IMG/VR virus record: IMGVR_UViG_3300022909_000024
Location: 1 to 58,858 of that record
Strand: one strand, 5' to 3'
Length of the DNA: 58,858 nt
From: a virus
Taxonomy: Duplodnaviria; Caudoviricetes
Shown piece by piece: positions 47,059 to 56,890 of the stretch. Under the pieces are notes generated by a model. The model worked only from the letters and a program-made list of their open reading frames with translations. It made no database searches and was not told the DNA's origin. The translations under genes and the position numbers were made by a program. How positions within the stretch are numbered: the stretch's first letter is position 1; each line of letters starts with the position of its first letter.

Positions 47059-47765
47059 TGCCTGCTAAATCTAGAAAACAACAGCGGTTTATGGCGGCGG
47101 TAGCTAACAACCCTAAATTCGCTAAAAAAGTAGGTGTCCCAAAAAATGTTGGAAAGAAATTCATGAAGATGAAGAAGTATAAATCTGGTGGTTTTCCTGA
47201 CCTAACTGGCGACGGTAAGGTTACGCAAGCCGACATTTTAAAGGGTCGTGGAGTAAAAAAACTAAACGAAGGTGGTGTAACGAACATGAAGAAGCAAGGA
47301 TATAACGCTCGCCTAGATGATTCTATGGGCGCTAAAAACGGTAAGAAAAAACAATCCATGAAATCTCGTCGTGATGAGAGTGAAGGCATGGAGAAGTCAA
47401 TGGGCGGACGTAAGTTTGCTGGTGACAAGGCCATGAAATTTCAAGCTGGTGGGCGTATGCCTGTTGGTATGGCTAACCCACGCGCTGGTGTTATGGGCGG
47501 TGAAATGCTCATGAGTGCTCCCGATGCAGGTATGCCTAGGACTGGTTCTATGGGGCCACAACGCATTAGTGAACCTACTTCTGAGCAAAGACGCCAAGCA
47601 GCCGCTAGAGCTAGACGCAGAGCAGCAGGTGGTGCTGGTCGCAGAGGCGGTGGTGGTAGAAAAGCTGGCGGTAAAATCTACAAGTCTGGTGGAAAAGTCC
47701 GTGGAGCGGGTTGTGCTACCAAAGGCGTTCGTAAAGCCAAAATGGTAAGTATGAAAGGTAGCTAA
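47058..47765 (+). CDS. Basic K/M/G-rich modular protein (possible polyprotein)
   Basis: ATG overlaps the previous TAA; five xxxGG motifs. Confidence 0.65.
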   Translation: MPAKSRKQQRFMAAVANNPKFAKKVGVPKNVGKKFMKMKKYKSGGFPDLTGDGKVTQADILKGRGVKKLNEGGVTNMKKQGYNARLDDSMGAKNGKKKQSMKSRRDESEGMEKSMGGRKFAGDKAMKFQAGGRMPVGMANPRAGVMGGEMLMSAPDAGMPRTGSMGPQRISEPTSEQRRQAAARARRRAAGGAGRRGGGGRKAGGKIYKSGGKVRGAGCATKGVRKAKMVSMKGS

Positions 47766-47923
47766 TGCGCTGTTACTACAAAAAAGGCGGTTCGGTTAAA
47801 GACGCGTGTTATAACAAGGTTAAGTCACGTTATAAGGTCTTTCCGTCCGCCTACGCTTCAGGCGCTATTGCGAAATGCCGCAAGAAAGGCGCTAAAAACT
47901 GGGGTAATAAGAGTGGCCGTTAG
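47765..47923 (+). CDS. Small basic protein, 52 aa (MRCYYKKGGSVKDACYNKVKSRYKVFPSAYASG...)
   Basis: Not in the ORF track; TAATG coupling. Confidence 0.65.
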   Translation: MRCYYKKGGSVKDACYNKVKSRYKVFPSAYASGAIAKCRKKGAKNWGNKSGR

Positions 47924-48197
47924 AAAGACCGCAAAGGGTGCAGCCCTAAAACGTTGGTTTAAAGAAGACTGGAAGGACGTTCGTACCGGTAAAGACTGTG
48001 GACGAACCAAGGGTGAAAAGCGTGGTACACCGTATTGTAGACCTACAAAGCGGGTATCTGCCAAGACACCTAAAACGTCTTCTGAAATGACCAAAGCGGA
48101 GAAGACCAAACGGATAGCCCAGAAGAAGAAACTGGGTCAACCAGCGGGTAAACCGAAGCGTGTAACACCGCTACGTAGGAAGAAACGAAGTGGCTAA
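47913..48197 (+). CDS. Small basic protein (LKRWFKEDW...PYCRP...KTPKT)
   Basis: Likely GTG start at 47913 within track ORF 47868-48197. Confidence 0.6.
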   Translation: MAVRKTAKGAALKRWFKEDWKDVRTGKDCGRTKGEKRGTPYCRPTKRVSAKTPKTSSEMTKAEKTKRIAQKKKLGQPAGKPKRVTPLRRKKRSG

Positions 48198-48372
48198 AGG
48201 TGTAAAACATTACTTCAAAGATGGTGCAGAACATAAAGGTGGAATGCACAAACACCCTGATGGTACGTTGATGACAGGCAAAAACATGTCTAGAACATCG
48301 AAAAAACTGTATCACTACGGGGATTTATCCAAGAAGGCTAAAGAAAAAGCTAGAAACGGCTGGAAAAAATAA
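48190..48372 (+). CDS. Small basic His-rich protein (HKHPDGTLMTG)
   Basis: 60 aa, coupled to neighbours. Confidence 0.6.
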   Translation: MAKGVKHYFKDGAEHKGGMHKHPDGTLMTGKNMSRTSKKLYHYGDLSKKAKEKARNGWKK

Positions 48373-49298
48373 TGGCTACATCAGGCACAACAGCATTTAA
48401 TATGCCGTTCACAGACATCGCTGAAGAGGCGTGGGAACGCGCTGGGCGGGAGCTACGGTCTGGGTATGACCTACAGACTGCACGTCGTTCTATGAATCTG
48501 ATGACGATTGAGTGGCAAAACCGCGGCATTAATATGTGGACTATCGAGCAGGGATCACTGGATCTTGTGCAAGGACAGTCTACATACGCTTTACCGGACG
48601 ACACCATTGACCTACTGGAGCACTCTATTCGGACGGGTGCGAACAATCAGACTACGCAATCTGACCTAACATTGAGTCGGATTAGTATCAGTACGTACTC
48701 GTCAATACCCAACAAAATAACACAGGCTCGTCCTATACAAGTCGTCGTGCACAGGGACAGTGGGCAAACTTACCCGACAGGTCTTACGTTAGCTGCTACC
48801 GCATCCAGCACAGATACGACAATCACGCTAAGTGGGGTGGCTGGTCTACCTCCTGCGGGGTTTATCAAGTTAGAGAACGAGATTATTAACTACAGTTACA
48901 TTACCGGTAACGTGTTACAGAACTGCTTTAGAGGCCAGCAGGGCACCACAGCAGCGACGCATACCGTGGGTGGTACCGCTATACCAGCGTACTGGGAACA
49001 AGTCCCCTCGGTAACTGTATGGCCCGTCCCGGACAATGTTGAGAGTTACAAGATAATTTATTGGCGTATGCGGCGTGTACAAGACGCAGGTAACGGTATC
49101 GAGACAGCCGACATGAATTTTAGGTTTTTTCCGTGTTTAGTAGCGGGTCTGGCCTACCATATTGCTATGAAAGTTCCTGAGTTTATGGAAAGAGTACCTA
49201 TGCTTAAAGCAGCGTACGAAGAACAGTTTGAACTTGCGGCAGGAGAAGACAGAGAAAAAGCCCCGATCAGGTTTGTACCTCGCGCAGGTAGGATCTAA
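48372..49298 (+). CDS. Probable head-tail adaptor protein
   Basis: ARRSMNLMTIEWQNRGINMW, VWPVPD, FFPCLVAGLAY; position after head genes. Confidence 0.6.
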   Translation: MATSGTTAFNMPFTDIAEEAWERAGRELRSGYDLQTARRSMNLMTIEWQNRGINMWTIEQGSLDLVQGQSTYALPDDTIDLLEHSIRTGANNQTTQSDLTLSRISISTYSSIPNKITQARPIQVVVHRDSGQTYPTGLTLAATASSTDTTITLSGVAGLPPAGFIKLENEIINYSYITGNVLQNCFRGQQGTTAATHTVGGTAIPAYWEQVPSVTVWPVPDNVESYKIIYWRMRRVQDAGNGIETADMNFRFFPCLVAGLAYHIAMKVPEFMERVPMLKAAYEEQFELAAGEDREKAPIRFVPRAGRI

Positions 49299-49300
49299 CA

Positions 49301-49666
49301 ATGGGTACGCGGTTTGCTTCTGATAAGAAAGCCATCGCCATGTGCGATGTGTGTGGGTTCCAGTACAAACTAAAAGAGTTAAAAAGTTTAATTGTTAAGG
49401 ACAGAGATACGCAGATAAAAGCGTGCCCCGAATGTTGGAATCCGGGTCAACCACAGCTTAAACTAGGTGAGTTTCCGGTCAGTGATCCACAGGCAATACG
49501 AAATCCTAGACCAGATAGAAGTTTAGGTACGTCAGGAGTTTATAGTAGTAGAGATATACAATGGGGTTGGAACCCTGTAGGTGGCGGAAATGATCCGTTT
49601 GGTCTAACCCCTAACGACTTAGTGGCTACTGGATCAGTAGGTACAGTTACAATAACGATTACATAG
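49301..49666 (+). CDS. Zn-ribbon virion-associated protein
   Basis: CDVCG...CPEC...NPRPD. Confidence 0.6.
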   Translation: MGTRFASDKKAIAMCDVCGFQYKLKELKSLIVKDRDTQIKACPECWNPGQPQLKLGEFPVSDPQAIRNPRPDRSLGTSGVYSSRDIQWGWNPVGGGNDPFGLTPNDLVATGSVGTVTITIT

Positions 49667-49676
49667 GAGTAGTACG

Positions 49677-49850
49677 ATGTATAACCCTAAAAACGTTTTT
49701 GGCATGGATGAAGTAAAAGTACATAAAGACAAAGGTGTTAAGTCTTATGGCCCCAAGCCAAGCATGAAAGGCGTTAAAACGTCCGGTGTTAAGATGCGCG
49801 GTGCTGGCGCTGCGACTAAAGGTTTCATGTGTCGAGGGCCGATGGCTTAA
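49677..49850 (+). CDS. Small basic protein, 57 aa, ending KMRGAGAATKGFMCRGPMA
   Basis: Not in the ORF track; AGGAG RBS. Confidence 0.65.
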   Translation: MYNPKNVFGMDEVKVHKDKGVKSYGPKPSMKGVKTSGVKMRGAGAATKGFMCRGPMA

Positions 49851-49853
49851 ACC

Positions 49854-50483
49854 ATGAACTACACGCAGCTTAAAGCAGATATTCAGGACATTTGTGAAAC
49901 AACTTTTACAGATGACCAACTCGCTTTGTTCACTGAACAGTCGGAACAGAAGATCTACAATACTGTACAGATACCTGCGTTACGTAAAAACGTTACTGGT
50001 TCGTTGACCACAGATAATAAATACCTAGACACACCGGCTGATTTTTTATGGTCGTATTCGTTAGCCGTAATTGATGGCAGTGGTAACTATTCGTACTTGA
50101 TTAACAAAGACGTTAACTTCATACGCGAAGCATACCCTAACGCCACTTCTACTGGTTTACCGGTGCATTACGCTTACTTTAACGACGATGCGTTTATTGT
50201 TGGGCCAACACCGGATAGTGGGTACTCGGTAGAGCTGCATTATGGGTATTACCCTGAATCTATCGTTACCGCAGGCACTACGTGGTTAGGTGATGAGTTT
50301 GACAGTGCATTATTGAATGGTGCGTTAGTTGAAGCAATACGGTTTATGAAAGGTGAACCTGATCTTGTAGCTCTGTATGAGCGGTTATTTTTACAGGCTC
50401 TTGGCCTACTCAAGAATCTTGGGGATGGCAAACTGCGCGAAGACGCATTCCGTTCAGGACAATTACGGGTTCCAGTAACTTAA
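49854..50483 (+). CDS. Probable adaptor/tail tube-type protein
   Basis: MNYTQLKADIQ..., GLPVHYA, GPTPD, LLNGALVEA. Confidence 0.6.
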   Translation: MNYTQLKADIQDICETTFTDDQLALFTEQSEQKIYNTVQIPALRKNVTGSLTTDNKYLDTPADFLWSYSLAVIDGSGNYSYLINKDVNFIREAYPNATSTGLPVHYAYFNDDAFIVGPTPDSGYSVELHYGYYPESIVTAGTTWLGDEFDSALLNGALVEAIRFMKGEPDLVALYERLFLQALGLLKNLGDGKLREDAFRSGQLRVPVT

Positions 50484-50493
50484 GGAGTTTAAC

Positions 50494-50925
50494 ATGGCAA
50501 TTACACAGGCAATGTGTACTTCGTTCAAGCAAGCATTACTTGACGGAGAAATGGATTTTAGTAGTGACACAGCGCAGTCTTATAAGATCGCGTTATATAC
50601 GTCTAGCGCGTCGTTGGACGCTGCTACTACTGCGTACACTACAAGCAACGAAGTCACGGGCACAGGGTATACTGCGGGGGGTAACACGCTGTCTATCTCT
50701 ACCAACCCTACTACTGGGGGTACTACGGCGTTTCTTAGTTTTAATACAACTACGTGGACTACGGCGACAATTACCGCTGCTGGGGCTTTAATTTACCAAG
50801 CAGGTGGGTCTACCCCTGCGGTTGCGGTACTTGATTTTGGTGGTGATAAAGGATCTTCCGCAGGTGATTTTCAGATTACTTTCCCGACAGCGGATGCTAC
50901 TAACGCCATTATCAGGATTGCTTAG
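50494..50925 (+). CDS. Tail-associated structural protein
   Basis: 143 aa, KIALYTS...NEVTGTGYTAGG. Confidence 0.6.
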   Translation: MAITQAMCTSFKQALLDGEMDFSSDTAQSYKIALYTSSASLDAATTAYTTSNEVTGTGYTAGGNTLSISTNPTTGGTTAFLSFNTTTWTTATITAAGALIYQAGGSTPAVAVLDFGGDKGSSAGDFQITFPTADATNAIIRIA

Positions 50926-50934
50926 GCATAACTA

Positions 50935-51675
50935 ATGCCATCTTCGACGACATACGAAGGCTGGGGACGCGCTAGTTGGGGGCAAGGTTCTTGGGGAACC
51001 CCCCTTATCATTGTCAATGTTGATGGTGTCCAAGCAACCGGAGCAATAGGTAATGTAAGTGTCGCTGCCGATGCGATAGTAGCTGTTACAGGAGTTGCTG
51101 GCACAGGTAATATAGGTGCGGTATCGGTAAGCGGGGATGCAAATGTAACCCCGTCAGGGCTAGAAGCGACCGGTAATGTAGGCAACATAGGTGTATCTGC
51201 TGCTGTTGCGTTAACAGGAGTTCAAGCTACAGGCGCTCTTGGTACAGTAGCTATAGGCAGCGCAGTCCAAGCATCAGGCTTAGAAGCCACAGGTGCCCTT
51301 GGTACTGTATCCACAAGTGGTAGCGTACAACTAACAGGGGTTGCAGCTACAGGCGAAATAGGTAGTGTAGGTGTAGCCGCCGATGTCGCTGTAACAGGTG
51401 TCCAAGCCACAGGTGCTATTGGTGAGGTAGTTGCAAGTATAGGGGTAGGTGGTGTTCAAGCTACTGGCGCTATTGGCGATGTAATTGTAGGGCTTGGGGT
51501 AAACATATTTGTTACAGGTGTGGAAGCCACAGGTGAAGTAGGGACTGTACACATATGGAGTCAAATAGTCCCCGGTCAAAATCCGAACTGGCAAGATATT
51601 AATGATGCACAAAATCCAAATTGGGTTAATATAAATACAGCTCAGAATCCAAACTGGCAAGACATAGCCGCATGA
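50935..51675 (+). CDS. Repetitive tail-associated protein
   Basis: About ten GV(Q/E)ATGxxG repeats, GWGRASWGQGSWG, three QNPNW repeats. Confidence 0.6.
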   Translation: MPSSTTYEGWGRASWGQGSWGTPLIIVNVDGVQATGAIGNVSVAADAIVAVTGVAGTGNIGAVSVSGDANVTPSGLEATGNVGNIGVSAAVALTGVQATGALGTVAIGSAVQASGLEATGALGTVSTSGSVQLTGVAATGEIGSVGVAADVAVTGVQATGAIGEVVASIGVGGVQATGAIGDVIVGLGVNIFVTGVEATGEVGTVHIWSQIVPGQNPNWQDINDAQNPNWVNINTAQNPNWQDIAA

Positions 51676-51685
51676 GGGTAAGAAC

Positions 51686-54600
51686 ATGACAACGCAATAT
51701 ACTACGATCCTTAAACTGGCTCTTCCCGTTCAGGGGGAATTGAGCGGTACTTGGGGCGATGTTGTAAACGATAATATTACGCAGATGGTTGAGCAAGCTA
51801 TTGCGGGTAAAGCCACAATTAATTCGTGGACAGCTAACGCGCATACGTTAACTACTGCCGATGGCACGACCTCAGAATCTCGTTGCGCTATTCTAGAATT
51901 GACTGACACGGGTACTGCATTGACAGGCGCGGGTACAGTAACTTGCCCAACTAACACAAAACTCTATATCGTAGACAATAACACGGCTGAAATTATTACA
52001 ATTAAAACCGCTGCTGGTACAGGTGTTGCTGTACCCGTAGGTAAAACCATGCTGGTCTACTGTGACGGCACTAACGTCGTTGAAGGTGTTACTCACGCAA
52101 ATAGCTTAAGTTTGGGTACAAGCACAAGTACGGTTAACGCTATAGATACTGCGACAGACCTTGGTGCGGGAAGCAGTAGCAACTCCAACTTACCTACGCA
52201 GTTAGCAGTAAAGACTTATGTAGACGGTCAAATTGCAGCGACTAACGAACTTAGTGAGGTTCTTGCCGCTGGTAACGTTACTGGCGCAAACGACATCGAT
52301 GTTGAAAACGCTCAGAAGGTTCAGTTCCGTGATGCCGATATCTACCTCAATTCAAGCGTAGATGGTCAGTTAGATATTGTAGCTGATGGTGAAGTACAGA
52401 TTGATACGGCTTTAGTAGATATAAACGGTAACCTCGATGTGTCGGGGACAACTAACATTGGCGGGTCTGTTTCTTTCACAAAGAACGCTATTGCCGGTGT
52501 AGCGATAAGCACGACATCAAGATCTTCTAACACCGTTACGGTAACAACTTCTGCCGTACATGGGCTTACTAGTGGTGACCTAGTTAACATTAACGGGGTT
52601 GCTAATAGATCCTTTAACGGTTACTTCACGGTAGCGGTAAGTTCTACCACAGTATTCACGTACAGTCAGACTGGGGCGGACGAGAGTTCTACCGGAGGTA
52701 CGTCTACCGAGATTGTATATAACCTTAATGCTAGTGGCACAGCTCTTAACCAGATGAACGGCCCGCTTAATATTGATGCTAACAGCGGTATTGATGGACT
52801 TGAAATTACGCAATCTGGGTCAGGCGAAGCGTTAAGCATAACCGGCGGTAATGCTCTTTTTGGTGATAACGACAAGGCGATATTTGGTATTGGTAATGAC
52901 CTACAGATTTATCATGATGCTTCTGACTCAATCATTAATGACAACGGTACTGGTTCCTTAAAACTGCAACAAGGTGGCAGCACGAAACTGGAAGTCACTG
53001 CTACAGGCATCGACGTAACGGGTACTGTGACTGCTGATGGTTTGACTGTTGATGGTGACGCTTTATTTACTACAAATACTGCAACAAACCCTTTTGTTGT
53101 TTCTCGCATAGGCAACACGACAGAAAGTTTGCAAATCACTTTTGATGATGCCAACGCAATTTTAACTAGTGAGCAAGACGAAGCTGGCCGTTATGGCGGG
53201 TATGTTTTTAATAGCAAGAACGATGGCACCACTGTCAAAAGAATGGAGATTGCGCACACTACAGGCGACATCAGCTTCTACGATACTTCTGCAAATCAAG
53301 CGTTGTTCTGGGACGCTTCGGCAGCGTCGCTAGGGATTGGGACGAGTTCGCCAGCACAAATGCTCGAACTAAGCGCCAACAATGGGCTATCAGGCGTTGC
53401 TAATGTTTTGCGTTTTAACGATTCAGACACTGGAGTTGCAGCGGCTCAACCAACTGGGCGTATTGAGTTTGCAGAAAACGACGGAGGCAGCACTACTGTA
53501 TCAGCCTATCTTGAGGTAGAAACAGTAGGTACATCAGGCGGCGGTGAAATGACGTTTGGTACTGGCACCGCTGGTGTTACTGCCACTGAAGCCATGCGCA
53601 TAGATTCATCAGGCTCCGTCGGGATTGGTACGAGTTCGCCAGCTACAGACTTTCACGTTACGGACGGAGGAACGCCGCCGACAATCTCAGGCACTTACCT
53701 AATTGCCGCCACATCCTCAAGTAATGCAGGCATAGCAATTAATGCTGGTAACACGAGTGCAAGTATCATTGCGTTGGGCGACAGCGATTCTCAGGACATT
53801 GGCGTTATTCGTTATGACCACAGCGATAACTCTATGCGTTTCAACACCAATAGCTCAGAAGCCATGCGCATCGACTCAAGCGGCAACGTCGGGATTGGGC
53901 AAGACACACCAAAAACAACGCTTAATCTTGGCGCAAACAACTCAGGTCAAGGTGCAATTCTAACGCTTGAAAACACTGATACTTCACTAACAAATAATGA
54001 CGTTATTGGTCAAATAGATTTTTACGCTAACGATGGTTCAACAAATGGCACTGGTGCAAAAGTCAATATTAAAGCTATTGCTACAAGTACCGCAGGAACA
54101 CTCACAGCTTTAACCTTTGGAACGTCTAACAGTACATCAGCTACTGCGGTTGAGGCTATGCGCATCGATGCAAGCGGCAACGTCGGGATTGGGACGACTT
54201 CTCCTGCGCAGCCATTAGACGTTAGAGCAAGTCAAAACGGTCTACTGCGTCTTTACAGCACGTCAGCGGGTGGTAACGCAGAAATTGAATTACTGACCTT
54301 AAACAGTGCATCTACGGTCGGGAAAATATCTAAGATCGTCGCAACACAAGTTGGCGCAGAAACAAACGGAAGTATTTTATCATTCCAGACTTCTCCTACA
54401 TCTTCTAATACGCCAGCAGAACGCATGCGCATCGCCTCAAACGGTGTGATAGGCGTTAATACTCAGTCTGCCGCACAAATAAGCGCGGGTTTTGGTCAAA
54501 TTACTTTAAACGGGACTTCAGGTGGTGTTTTAAACTTTACAGATGATGACGTAGAAAAAGTTAGGCTTATAAGTGAAGTAGATAATTTTTACGTTCAAGC

Positions 54601-55942
54601 CGTTGGTGACACTATTTTTAGGAATGGCGGTATAGACCCAAGCGGCTCAGAAGCCATGCGCATTGATGCAAACGGCAACGTCGGGATTGGCTCAACAAAT
54701 CCAGCATCCATTGGTGGTGGCGCAAAGCTAACGGTTGACCAAGCGGCAGATGGCAACATCGTTTTTGCTAGAGGTGGAAGCATACGTCAGATTCAGCTTG
54801 GGACAACATCAACCACTGGCTATATAAACGCAGATAATACTTCTGGTGGCCTTACATTTAATGTAAACGCCTCAGAACGCATGCGCATTGATTCAAGCGG
54901 CAATGTCGGTATTGGGACTGATTCGCCAGCTACGAAGTTGCATGTAGCAAATGCGTCTGACTCAAACGCTCAAATTAGAATTAATGGCAGCACAAGCACC
55001 GTGTATTCGCGTCTCTATTCTGACAATAACGGCGTACTGGCAATCAGCACTGACGTAGGAAATCAAGTTGCTGGTAGCTACATGATGTTTGAGGTAAAAG
55101 GCTCAGAAGCCATGCGCATTGATGCAAGCGGGAACTTGTTGGTTGGGACTACTAATGCTAATCCTACAAGTTCATCAGTTAATGACCCCGGCGTAGAATT
55201 ATCTGATACAGGCGGCGTAAGAAGCACCGTAGCGTCTAATCCTGCCGCCACATTTAACAGAAAAACAGATGATGGTACGATTGCAATCTTCCGCAAAGAC
55301 GGCACAACAGTCGGTAGTATTGGTAGTTATGTTGGCACTCATCTTAGGGTGGGCAGCGGCGAAGCTAACTTACTTTTTGCAACCCCTAATATATTACCAG
55401 CAACAAGCACAGGTTTAACGTCAGACGGTGTTATTGATTTAGGCTCTACAGCTAGACGCTTCAAAGACCTCCACCTTTCTACAAATATTCATCAAGGCGC
55501 AACAACCCCAAGCTCATCAGCAGCGGGTGTGATAAGCGAAGCGGTAGGCAGAGTTACATATTCCAGAGGAAGTGGAACAGGCGGTTTTGGTCATGTAACC
55601 TTTATAAATGGTAATGGTACTGTTGGTTCAATTACTACTGCTTCTTCTGCAACAGCCTACAACACCTCATCAGACCAACGACTCAAGGAAAGCATCGTAG
55701 ACGCACCTTCTGCTTCTGATGACATCGACGCTATCCAAGTTAGGTCATTTGACTGGAAAGCTGACGGGTCACACCAGAAGTACGGCATGGTTGCACAAGA
55801 GCTACAGACTGTTGCACCTGAAGCTGTCTCAGCCCCAGAAGACCCCGAAGAAATGATGGGCGTTGACTACAGCAAGCTGGTACCAATGATGCTTAAAGAA
55901 ATACAAAGCCTACGCGCTAGAGTGGCACAACTAGAATCTTAA
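51686..55942 (+). CDS. Tail fibre with C-terminal peptidase S74 intramolecular chaperone
   Basis: Seven MRI-centred repeats of the EAMRIDSSGNVGIG type; SDQRLKE...GMVAQE...VDYSKL...coiled coil. Confidence 0.88.
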   Translation: MTTQYTTILKLALPVQGELSGTWGDVVNDNITQMVEQAIAGKATINSWTANAHTLTTADGTTSESRCAILELTDTGTALTGAGTVTCPTNTKLYIVDNNTAEIITIKTAAGTGVAVPVGKTMLVYCDGTNVVEGVTHANSLSLGTSTSTVNAIDTATDLGAGSSSNSNLPTQLAVKTYVDGQIAATNELSEVLAAGNVTGANDIDVENAQKVQFRDADIYLNSSVDGQLDIVADGEVQIDTALVDINGNLDVSGTTNIGGSVSFTKNAIAGVAISTTSRSSNTVTVTTSAVHGLTSGDLVNINGVANRSFNGYFTVAVSSTTVFTYSQTGADESSTGGTSTEIVYNLNASGTALNQMNGPLNIDANSGIDGLEITQSGSGEALSITGGNALFGDNDKAIFGIGNDLQIYHDASDSIINDNGTGSLKLQQGGSTKLEVTATGIDVTGTVTADGLTVDGDALFTTNTATNPFVVSRIGNTTESLQITFDDANAILTSEQDEAGRYGGYVFNSKNDGTTVKRMEIAHTTGDISFYDTSANQALFWDASAASLGIGTSSPAQMLELSANNGLSGVANVLRFNDSDTGVAAAQPTGRIEFAENDGGSTTVSAYLEVETVGTSGGGEMTFGTGTAGVTATEAMRIDSSGSVGIGTSSPATDFHVTDGGTPPTISGTYLIAATSSSNAGIAINAGNTSASIIALGDSDSQDIGVIRYDHSDNSMRFNTNSSEAMRIDSSGNVGIGQDTPKTTLNLGANNSGQGAILTLENTDTSLTNNDVIGQIDFYANDGSTNGTGAKVNIKAIATSTAGTLTALTFGTSNSTSATAVEAMRIDASGNVGIGTTSPAQPLDVRASQNGLLRLYSTSAGGNAEIELLTLNSASTVGKISKIVATQVGAETNGSILSFQTSPTSSNTPAERMRIASNGVIGVNTQSAAQISAGFGQITLNGTSGGVLNFTDDDVEKVRLISEVDNFYVQAVGDTIFRNGGIDPSGSEAMRIDANGNVGIGSTNPASIGGGAKLTVDQAADGNIVFARGGSIRQIQLGTTSTTGYINADNTSGGLTFNVNASERMRIDSSGNVGIGTDSPATKLHVANASDSNAQIRINGSTSTVYSRLYSDNNGVLAISTDVGNQVAGSYMMFEVKGSEAMRIDASGNLLVGTTNANPTSSSVNDPGVELSDTGGVRSTVASNPAATFNRKTDDGTIAIFRKDGTTVGSIGSYVGTHLRVGSGEANLLFATPNILPATSTGLTSDGVIDLGSTARRFKDLHLSTNIHQGATTPSSSAAGVISEAVGRVTYSRGSGTGGFGHVTFINGNGTVGSITTASSATAYNTSSDQRLKESIVDAPSASDDIDAIQVRSFDWKADGSHQKYGMVAQELQTVAPEAVSAPEDPEEMMGVDYSKLVPMMLKEIQSLRARVAQLES

Positions 55943-55955
55943 CAGGAGAAACAAA

Positions 55956-56282
55956 ATGGCAACATTTAACTGGACTATCTCGACCTTAGAGCGAGACCTT
56001 CAACCCGCAGATATGGACGGTGCTATCATCGTAAGTCATTGGCGGTGTACTGCATCACAAGAAAACGAAGGCACAACCTACAGCGCAAGCTCGTATGGAA
56101 CCGTTGGCTTTACGCCTGACCCTTCGTCGCCCGATTACATTCCGTATGCTGATGTGACTGAACAAGACGCATTAAATTGGACATGGGCTGGCGGTGTTGA
56201 TAAAGACGCAACTGAAGCATCTTTGCAAGCCAATATTGACGGTCAGATCAATCCGACTACGGCTGATGGCGTACCTTGGTAA
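55956..56282 (+). CDS. Fibre-associated small protein
   Basis: 108 aa after the fibre gene, ends GVPW. Confidence 0.6.
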   Translation: MATFNWTISTLERDLQPADMDGAIIVSHWRCTASQENEGTTYSASSYGTVGFTPDPSSPDYIPYADVTEQDALNWTWAGGVDKDATEASLQANIDGQINPTTADGVPW

Positions 56283-56304
56283 AAACAAATGAGAGCTAAA
56301 CGTT

Positions 56305-56457
56305 ATGGACGCATTAGACGCTATTGGGGCTATCTGGCCCATTGCTCTGGGGTTCGTGACGTTGGTTATCGTTTTAGCCAAAATGCACGCGGACATAGAG
56401 CAGATTAAGGAGAAGATTCGCACACTGTTTGATCTATGGAACAACCGGAATAAGTAA
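56305..56457 (+). CDS. Small membrane protein, 50 aa (MDALDAIGAIWPIALGFVTLVIVLAK...)
   Basis: Not in the ORF track; one TM helix plus coil; TAATG coupling. Confidence 0.6.
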   Translation: MDALDAIGAIWPIALGFVTLVIVLAKMHADIEQIKEKIRTLFDLWNNRNK

Positions 56458-56864
56458 TGGCTGCAAAATTATCCGACGAGACAAAGATCGAGATACCGTT
56501 ACGCAACCTTATTGCCATTATTGCGGGGGTTGCTATCGCGGTCATTGGTTACACAGAAGTCACTAACCGTATCTCTGTGTTGGAACGACAGCTAACCATA
56601 CTTGAGGTGGATATAGGTTTTAACAGCGAATTTCGTACCAAATGGCCGCGTGGCGAGCTGGGTGCTTTGCCCGATGATTTATTGCAGAACAGCCAGATCG
56701 ATGCCTTGCAAAAGGTGGTTGAGCTGAATACGGATTTTCGTAACAACTGGGCACCACCCCAAGAAGTTCAGGAAGCGATCCGTACTAACTATGCTCAAGA
56801 GATTAGGCTTAGTTATCTTGAAGGCAGAGTGAATGATCTTGAAAAAGATGGCACAATTAAGTAA
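56457..56864 (+). CDS. Membrane-anchored coiled-coil protein
   Basis: N-terminal TM helix LIAIIAGVAIAVIGY. Confidence 0.6.
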   Translation: MAAKLSDETKIEIPLRNLIAIIAGVAIAVIGYTEVTNRISVLERQLTILEVDIGFNSEFRTKWPRGELGALPDDLLQNSQIDALQKVVELNTDFRNNWAPPQEVQEAIRTNYAQEIRLSYLEGRVNDLEKDGTIK

Positions 56865-56890
56865 CGCTTGAACCAAAACTAGGAGGAGTT

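Noticed and set aside
5926-47240. DxxxDG/NG calcium-loop-like segments in three proteins (DANFDG, DANNNG, DLTGDG)
   Set aside because: Short motifs in unrelated proteins; too little evidence for a common function
51686-55942. Diversity-generating retroelement acting on the fibre
   Set aside because: No reverse transcriptase and no template/variable repeat pair with adenine-specific differences seen
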